In this document: positions 58,542-64,000 of the stretch, piece after piece
Numbering within the stretch: position 1 is the stretch's first letter
How the letters are laid out: each line of letters starts with the position of its first letter
Assembly: GCA_963702005.1 (NCBI GenBank)
Contig: OY969696.1
Span: 3,647,692 to 3,711,691 of the forward strand
Reading direction: 5' to 3'
Length of the DNA stretch: 64,000 bases
From: Candidatus Aminicenantes bacterium
Lineage (GTDB): Bacteria; Acidobacteriota; Aminicenantia; Aminicenantales; JAFGBC01
Translations under genes and position numbers: made by a program
Notes under the pieces: generated by a model
What the model saw: the letters and a program-made list of their open reading frames with translations, nothing else
Told to the model about the DNA's origin: nothing
Database searches by the model: none

Positions 58542-59285
58542 TTAATCGATCTTAGTGACGGGCAGTGGGACGGCGGGCCTGGTGCCCTCTATGAAAATAG
58601 CCATCCGGACGTAAGCGCGGTCCCCCGGGTCGGAGGGGCTGTAGGGCGGCTCACCCTCGTAATCGCGCCAGCGGTCGAGGAACTCCGCGCGCGGGATAAA
58701 GCCCCGCGTCCCGAGGAGCGACGGGTCCTCGAAAACGAGGTTCTCGCCTTCGACGCCGATCAGGACGACGTAGTGCCCGTCCTCCCAGTCATCCGCCCAG
58801 TGGAAATGGGAGTTTTTTAGATCCGTGTTCGTCCAAGCCTGAATATCAACGATAGGAGGAACGCCGCGCCCGAGAGAATCTTCGAGATCGGCGACGGTCA
58901 GGCCCTCGCGGATCTCAGCCTTGAGGCCGAAATTGCGGGCGACCCTGACGATCGCGTCGGGATTCGTACCCCGCTCCGGATCCGTTCTGAGGGCGACCAT
59001 GAGTTCGCCCTCGCGCAGGTCGACACCCCAGTAGTGGAGGACGGCCTGGAGCGCCGCGGCCCCGCAGGAATAATTCGTCGACTGCCGGACGTCGGGAATG
59101 GCCTCGATCAACCGCGAGGACGCGCCCCCCGGGTAGGAATACCCGCCCTTGGAATGGACTGAGATGCGAGGCTGCGGATTCGCGATCGTCTCGGCCCGCT
59201 TCTTGAGCCCCAGGTAGCCGGTGAGAAGCATCAGAAGCAGCGCCGCCATCAGGACGGCCGACATCATGACGATCTGTTTTCTCAT
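58542..59285 (-). CDS. Membrane-anchored papain-like cysteine peptidase, C39-like domain (start at MRKQIVMMSAVL…; longer ORF start at 59339 is possible)
   Basis: N-terminal signal anchor; …NYSCGAAALQAVLHYWG… (C39 catalytic Cys context) with downstream His/Asp candidates. Confidence 0.55.
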   Translation of the reverse strand: MRKQIVMMSAVLMAALLLMLLTGYLGLKKRAETIANPQPRISVHSKGGYSYPGGASSRLIEAIPDVRQSTNYSCGAAALQAVLHYWGVDLREGELMVALRTDPERGTNPDAIVRVARNFGLKAEIREGLTVADLEDSLGRGVPPIVDIQAWTNTDLKNSHFHWADDWEDGHYVVLIGVEGENLVFEDPSLLGTRGFIPRAEFLDRWRDYEGEPPYSPSDPGDRAYVRMAIFIEGTRPAVPLPVTKID

Positions 59286-59304
59286 TGAAAAATGGTGTCC
59301 ATCA

Positions 59305-60861
59305 TTATTCTTTTGGCTGGGAGGAGGGGCGTTCGCCAAAGATCCGTTCGTAGAGCTCGGGGTAGGCGTCCTTGCCGCCGAGCATCAGACACGTTATCGG
59401 CATGACCTCGCGCGCCAGGATCGACATTCTCCCCGCCACCGCCCTAATCTCCCACTGGGCCGCCGTATCCTCCCTCAGCCGCGAGATATGATACATCTCT
59501 CGGACATTGACCTTGAGGAGAACCCGGCGCCGGTGCGCGTTCGTCAACACGTAATCGGCCGCCTCTCCGATCCCCGCCTCGCTCTTAAGCGCGTCGTAGG
59601 CTTCGTTCGTCCGCCCCACGATATCCATGAACTCCCCGTGCGCGCCGATCGCCTCGACCGAGGGCGGCACGGTGACCCCGAGCTCGGGATCATAGCGCTG
59701 CCTCGTCAATGTCGCCATCCGGTGCCGCTTGAGCTGGGCGAAGCACGACGCCGAGACGACAAGCTCATAGGTCAGGTCGGCGTGCTCGAACTCGCGCAGC
59801 GGGTAATCATAGAACTCCATCCGCTTGAAAGCGGTCTTGTAGACACGGAGCTTTTCGTCCTGGGACATCCGGGCCACCCGCCTCCGCCACTCCCGGAACG
59901 ACAGCCCCGAAGTCGCGAACAGCATGGCGACCAGAACCCGGTCGTCGGCGTCGGAGGAGTGGGACGCCAGCCGGACGGTCTCCTCGTCCTCGTCCGGGTG
60001 CGGATCGCTCAGGCCGCGGGACGCGTGGCCGCGCGCCATCCGCTCCCGTTCGGAGCGCTCGAAGTCGGCGACCTCCTCGCGCTTCGCCTCCTCGGCGAGG
60101 TCCGCGTAGGCGCACTCGTCGAACGGGCTGGCCTCGGTGAAAAGGATGATGGACGGCGCCACTTCTTTGGCGAGCGCATAAAGACGCTCGTTGAGCTCCC
60201 GGAATTCGGCCTGGCGCTTGGCGGCGAACCGTCGCAGCAGGAGCTCCAGGTTCCGGGCGTTGATCGTCATCCCCAGCTGGCCGTGGGTGGCCAGGCTCAC
60301 GATGTAGCGCGCGTCTTCCTTGGCCCAGCCCTCGAGGAGGGCCTTGCTTCCCGGCTCATCGGCCATTTCTTTATTATTATCAATGACATAGGGAAGAAGC
60401 CGCTTGTAGAGGGAATGGTAAAGCGCGTTTTGGGCCCGCACCGTCCCCAGAAAAAGATCCTCGCAGGCACGGCCGGCCCGCTTGACCTCCTCCGGGACGA
60501 GGAAGTCGTCGCCGAGGGTGATGTAGCGCTGGGACTTCTCGGTATAGGAGCAGAGGCGGAACCGCTCGAGCTCCTCGATCGCCAGGCGGCTGACGCCCAT
60601 GACGTCGAAGTTGAAGACGGCGTGCTCGGCCACCGAGTGGTGGCCCATGGTGAAGATGATGTTCTTGTTCGTGCGGCGGGCCCCGCCGACTTCGATCCTG
60701 GCTTCGGCGCGGAGCTCGTCGACGGGCTTGGGGTTGCGGGAGATACGGGCGTAGGCGGCCGCGAGCGTTTCGGGGGTCACGTCGAGGCGGCCGGGCTCAT
60801 GGCGCTTGAGGGCGTCGATGACCTCGCGGTCGACGTTGTACCCGGCCAGCACGACCCGCAT
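59305..60861 (-). CDS. Tandem two-domain ThyX-like (flavin-dependent thymidylate synthase family, Thy1 fold) protein
   Basis: Domain 1: …GHHSVAEHAVFNFDV.GVSR….ELERFRLCSYTEKSQRY. Domain 2: …LKRHRMATLTRQRY…. Both match the ThyX signature HxSVxEH…RHRxxSxxxxSQRY; the RHR motif is degenerate (RFR) in domain 1. Confidence 0.6.
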   Translation of the reverse strand: MRVVLAGYNVDREVIDALKRHEPGRLDVTPETLAAAYARISRNPKPVDELRAEARIEVGGARRTNKNIIFTMGHHSVAEHAVFNFDVMGVSRLAIEELERFRLCSYTEKSQRYITLGDDFLVPEEVKRAGRACEDLFLGTVRAQNALYHSLYKRLLPYVIDNNKEMADEPGSKALLEGWAKEDARYIVSLATHGQLGMTINARNLELLLRRFAAKRQAEFRELNERLYALAKEVAPSIILFTEASPFDECAYADLAEEAKREEVADFERSERERMARGHASRGLSDPHPDEDEETVRLASHSSDADDRVLVAMLFATSGLSFREWRRRVARMSQDEKLRVYKTAFKRMEFYDYPLREFEHADLTYELVVSASCFAQLKRHRMATLTRQRYDPELGVTVPPSVEAIGAHGEFMDIVGRTNEAYDALKSEAGIGEAADYVLTNAHRRRVLLKVNVREMYHISRLREDTAAQWEIRAVAGRMSILAREVMPITCLMLGGKDAYPELYERIFGERPSSQPKE

Positions 60862-60883
60862 GCCGAGATTATATCAAAACCCC

Positions 60884-60954
60884 GGGGTCAAACCTACACT
60901 TTAGTACTTTGTACAAGAAGATTGCACTTTTTGCCAAAGTGTAGGTTTGACCCC
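60884..60954. repeat. Family-2 repeat, full palindromic copy (arms GGGGTCAAACCTACACTTT / AAAGTGTAGGTTTGACCCC around a 33-bp core containing TTGTACAA)
   Basis: Read directly. Lies between the CrtI-like gene stop (60959) and the ThyX-like gene start (60861). Confidence 0.75.
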
Positions 60955-60958
60955 GTTT

Positions 60959-62434
60959 TTATCCGATGCGTTTGGCGCACTTCTGCGCCGCGCCCAGCGC
61001 CCCGGGCACGCCGCCGATCTGGGTCGCCCAGCACGATCCAATCAGCAGCCGTTTCACCGGAGTGTCGACCGTCGTCCCCATCGCGCTCTTGTAGAATTTA
61101 TTGGCCGGGTTCCAGCTCCAGGCCGAGGTGGCGCCGTCGCTGTTGCCGGTGTAGCGCTCGTAAGTCAGCGGCGTCGCCGCATCCACATATTCGATTTTTG
61201 CTTCGAGCTCCGGGATGACTTTAGCGGCCTTGGCGATGAGATCCCGCCGCATCCGCTCTTTGAGACGGCCGTATTTCTCGCGGTCGCCCCCGCCCCAGTT
61301 GTCCTGCCAGTGAAAGGGCGCCACGGCTTGGATCATCAGGCTCGACTTGCCGGCCGGCGCCAGCTTGGGATCGTGCAGGGAGGGCGAATAGAGACCGATC
61401 GAGCATTTGGCGAAGTAGTCGGGGTCCGCGGCGTTTTTGACGTCCGCGCCCGGCTGCTCGTCGAAAAAGCTCAGGTGCGGCGCCTTCATCTTTTCCCGCA
61501 ACTTGTCGCCGGCCATATTCAAGCCAAGATAGACCGTGGCTATGCCCTCGGAGACCGCGGTTTTCCTGACCCTCTCCAGCCAGGGCGCCGGAACCAGGCT
61601 CGGGTTGTCAAGCAGGTTAAGGAAAGTTTTCTTGAAGTCGCAGGCCGAGATCACCCAGTCGGCGGCCTGCTCCTTTCCGTCGGCTTCGACTCCGGCCGCG
61701 GCGCCGTCGCGGGTGATGATTTTAGTGACCGGCGTCTTCAGCCGCAGCTCGCCGCCCAGGGATCGAAACTTTTCGGCCAGAGCGTCGGCCCAGCTCTGCA
61801 TCCCGCCCTTGACGGTCCAGTAGTCGTGCAAAAACGTGGAAAAAGCGGCGCCCAGGATCCAGACGCTCATCTCCGGGTAGCCGACCCCGTCCAGGAGGCG
61901 GCAGATTCGGCTCTCGCGGTCGAAGAAACGCGCGTTGAAATCGCTGATGGAGACGCCGCGGTACTTCATGTATAGAATGAGCACGCTCAGGACGCCGGGC
62001 AGCATCGCAAAACCCTTGCCGCGGATGAGCTTGAGCATGGCCTTGACCATCGGGTCAACGGCCGCGAAGTAGCGCGCCAGCCTTTCCCGATCGCCGGGGA
62101 AAGCGGCCAGCAAACCCTGTTTGTACTGCTCGAAGTCGCGCGGAACGAAATCGTATTCCGCCGCCAGCACGTGGATGGGCTGGGGCACGAATTCGATCCG
62201 GTCGTAAACGCCCAGTTTTTTCATGGCCCCGAAAACCTGGCGGGAGGATTCGAACGAGAGGGTGCCGCTCTCGAAGTAAAAGCCTTTGCGCCGGAAACCC
62301 GAGATGTAGCCGCCCGGCACGGTGTTCGACTCGAAGATGGTGACGGCGTGGCCTTTTTCGGCCAACAGGCAGCCGGCGGTCAATCCGCCCAGGCCGGAAC
62401 CGATGATCGCGATCTTGCTCATTTCCGCCCTCAA
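60959..62434 (-). CDS. FAD-dependent oxidoreductase of the phytoene desaturase/amine oxidase (CrtI-like) family
   Basis: N-terminal dinucleotide-binding motif IAIIGSGLGGLTAGCLLAEKGHAVTIFE. Confidence 0.75.
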   Translation of the reverse strand: MRAEMSKIAIIGSGLGGLTAGCLLAEKGHAVTIFESNTVPGGYISGFRRKGFYFESGTLSFESSRQVFGAMKKLGVYDRIEFVPQPIHVLAAEYDFVPRDFEQYKQGLLAAFPGDRERLARYFAAVDPMVKAMLKLIRGKGFAMLPGVLSVLILYMKYRGVSISDFNARFFDRESRICRLLDGVGYPEMSVWILGAAFSTFLHDYWTVKGGMQSWADALAEKFRSLGGELRLKTPVTKIITRDGAAAGVEADGKEQAADWVISACDFKKTFLNLLDNPSLVPAPWLERVRKTAVSEGIATVYLGLNMAGDKLREKMKAPHLSFFDEQPGADVKNAADPDYFAKCSIGLYSPSLHDPKLAPAGKSSLMIQAVAPFHWQDNWGGGDREKYGRLKERMRRDLIAKAAKVIPELEAKIEYVDAATPLTYERYTGNSDGATSAWSWNPANKFYKSAMGTTVDTPVKRLLIGSCWATQIGGVPGALGAAQKCAKRIG

Positions 62435-63675
62435 ATTTTCTTAAGCTTTTTGAGGAAGGACGGGTCGACGTCGCAGCCCAGCCCCGGCTTATCGGGAAGG
62501 ACGAGCTCGTCGCGCTCGAGCTTGACGCCGTCGACGATCGGGTCCATGACATGCTCGGAGTTCCCGTCCAGGTCCGCGAAACAAACGTTGGCGTTCGCGA
62601 CGACGACATGCGCCGCGGCCGTCAGCCCCAGCCGGCTCTCGAGCATGCAGCCGACCATGCACTTGATGTTGGCGGCGTCGGCGATATGGGCGATCTTGAC
62701 GCTGTTGAAGATCCCGCCTGCCTTCATGAGCTTGATGTTGAAGTAATCGCAGGCCTCCTCGCGGATGAGCTTGACGGCGTCGGGCGGCCCGAACAGGGCC
62801 TCGTCGGCCATGATCGGGATCGGGCTGTGGTTCCGCACCTCGCGCAAGCCGGCGACATCCGACGCCGCGACCGGTTGCTCGCAGAACTCGATTCGATATT
62901 CCGCCAGCCGCTCCAGCGATTCCCTGGCCTGGGGCACGGTCCAGCCCTGGTTGGCGTCGATCCGGAGCGCGACTTTGTCTCCAACCGCCGCCCTTATGCC
63001 CTTGATCCGCGCCGCGTCCAAGGCCACCTCCTGCCCGACCTTGACCTTGATCGTTCGGTAGCCGCGCTCCGCGTATGTCTTCGCCTCCGCGGCCATGTTT
63101 TCGGGCGTCTCAAGCGAAACCGTTATGTCGGTCTCGAAGCGCGTCCGGTCGCCGCCGCCCAGGAGCCGGTAAACCGGGAGCCCAGCCACCTTGCCCAGGA
63201 TGTCGTAGAGGGCCATGTCGAAGGCCGCGACGATCGAGGGGTTGGCGTGGACGATCGGCCCCGCCCCGCACACGAAGGCCTCTATCGCGAGCGGGTCCTT
63301 GCCGACGAACATGTCGCGAAGGCTCCGCGCGGCCGCGATATTCGTCTCCTGCGTCTCGCCCGTAATGGGCGGGAAGGGGCAGGCCTCCCCGATGCCGACA
63401 ATCCCGGCGTCTGTCCGCACCCGGACCAGGACGTCGGTGGCGCTGTCCATCTTCCCGATCGAGATCACGAAGGGAGAAACGAGCTTGATGTCGAAGGGGT
63501 AGATCTCGACGTCCGTGATTTTCATGGTTCTAACCGCCTCCCGCGTTTCCTCGAGAGCCGAAGCTGCCGAGCCCGGCGTAGTTGAGGCGCCCGCCGCCAT
63601 TCGTTTGGGCGACAAGGCCGTCACCGCCGCCCCCAACCCCAGGTATTTTAGGAAGTTTTTTCTGGTCAACGACAT
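62431..63675 (-). CDS. Enolase-superfamily enzyme (dipeptide epimerase / MLE / MR subgroup) with a putative Tat-type signal peptide (start at MSLTRKNFLKYLGLGAAVTA…; alternative internal start MKITDVEIYPF at 63522)
   Basis: Enolase-superfamily barrel (…KVKVG…, …IDANQGW…, …EQP…, …DE…). RBS AAGGAG before the ATG at 63675; RKNFLK Tat-like motif. Confidence 0.7.
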   Translation of the reverse strand: MSLTRKNFLKYLGLGAAVTALSPKRMAAGASTTPGSAASALEETREAVRTMKITDVEIYPFDIKLVSPFVISIGKMDSATDVLVRVRTDAGIVGIGEACPFPPITGETQETNIAAARSLRDMFVGKDPLAIEAFVCGAGPIVHANPSIVAAFDMALYDILGKVAGLPVYRLLGGGDRTRFETDITVSLETPENMAAEAKTYAERGYRTIKVKVGQEVALDAARIKGIRAAVGDKVALRIDANQGWTVPQARESLERLAEYRIEFCEQPVAASDVAGLREVRNHSPIPIMADEALFGPPDAVKLIREEACDYFNIKLMKAGGIFNSVKIAHIADAANIKCMVGCMLESRLGLTAAAHVVVANANVCFADLDGNSEHVMDPIVDGVKLERDELVLPDKPGLGCDVDPSFLKKLKKI

Positions 63676-63748
63676 GTTCTTCTCCTTATTTCTGTCTCCA
63701 TTTAATTCCGTCATCATATAATTTCTATTATGCGGTTTTCAATAATTA

Positions 63749-63785
63749 AGTCGTGTGTCCCCAGAATTATTTCAGCTTGGCGAGC
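63749..63785 (+). repeat. Family-1 repeat, solo copy (caATAATTaagtcgtgtgtccccagAATTATTtcagc), overlapping the last codons and stop of the upstream aminotransferase gene
   Basis: Identical to the 58497-58527 unit, and matches the reverse complement of 58446-58485 including the flanking 'tttcagc'. Confidence 0.75.
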
Positions 63786-64000
63786 TCGCTCAGGAGCTTT
63801 TCGATATGACCGGGCGTATGCTCGCTGAAAATTGAGGCCCGCAGAACCCCGCCCGCCGGCGCGCCCACGTACTTCAAATACGCGACCGCGACGCCCCTCT
63901 CCATAAGCGCCCTCTGGGCTTTCTTCATATCCTCGGCCGACCCCATCATCCAGGTCACGATCGGGACGCAGGTGTCGTTCATCTCGAACCCGAGCTTTTT
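63767..64000 (-). CDS. Partial CDS (C-terminal ~77 aa; N-terminus beyond the window end). Class V aminotransferase (AGXT/PhnW/SerC-like) C-terminal domain.
   Basis: Open minus-strand frame continuing to the window edge; C-terminus …GVLRASIFSEHTPGHIEKLLSELAKLK. Confidence 0.5.
   Translation of the reverse strand, partial: KKLGFEMNDTCVPIVTWMMGSAEDMKKAQRALMERGVAVAYLKYVGAPAGGVLRASIFSEHTPGHIEKLLSELAKLK

Overview
High-GC (~65%) bacterial chromosomal segment. The first ~34 kb (coords ~2.3-34.1 kb) is one contiguous minus-strand run of the universally conserved translation/transcription gene block. In transcription order it reads tRNA-Thr/Tyr/Gly/Thr, rpmG, tRNA-Trp, secE-nusG-rplKAJL-rpoBC, the str operon (rpsL-rpsG-fusA-tuf), then the S10, spc and alpha operons ending at rplQ. 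All of these were identified by reading the translated ORFs against well-known protein families. Upstream of this block lie a GT39/ArnT-like glycosyltransferase with TPR repeats and a partial convergent gene. Downstream lie an ECF sigma / zinc anti-sigma / LTXXQ periplasmic protein module, a cysteine-desulfurase-like aminotransferase, a beta-lactamase-family hydrolase, a Phd/YefM-VapC toxin-antitoxin pair with an AT-rich promoter island, and a purB-purS-purQ-purL-[OMP]-purN operon. Further on are a secreted HExxH protein, an aldolase / Zn-ADH / VOC operon, a CAP-domain protein, a frameshifted BNR-like repeat + FN3 secreted protein, tyrS, a polyferredoxin / Lys-rich Cys-rich small protein / YkoF operon, and ornithine cyclodeaminase. 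The window ends in a co-oriented accessory cluster: class V aminotransferase, Tat-type exported enolase-superfamily epimerase, CrtI-like flavoprotein, a tandem two-domain ThyX-like protein and a C39-like peptidase. The most notable non-genic signals are two families of short, AT-richer dispersed repeats (some palindromic) in intergenic regions of the last 25 kb, and a Cys-rich ~65-aa insertion in the N-terminal region of rpoB. No CRISPR array, transposase or rRNA gene was seen. Many long antisense ORFs in the six-frame track are GC-driven artefacts.
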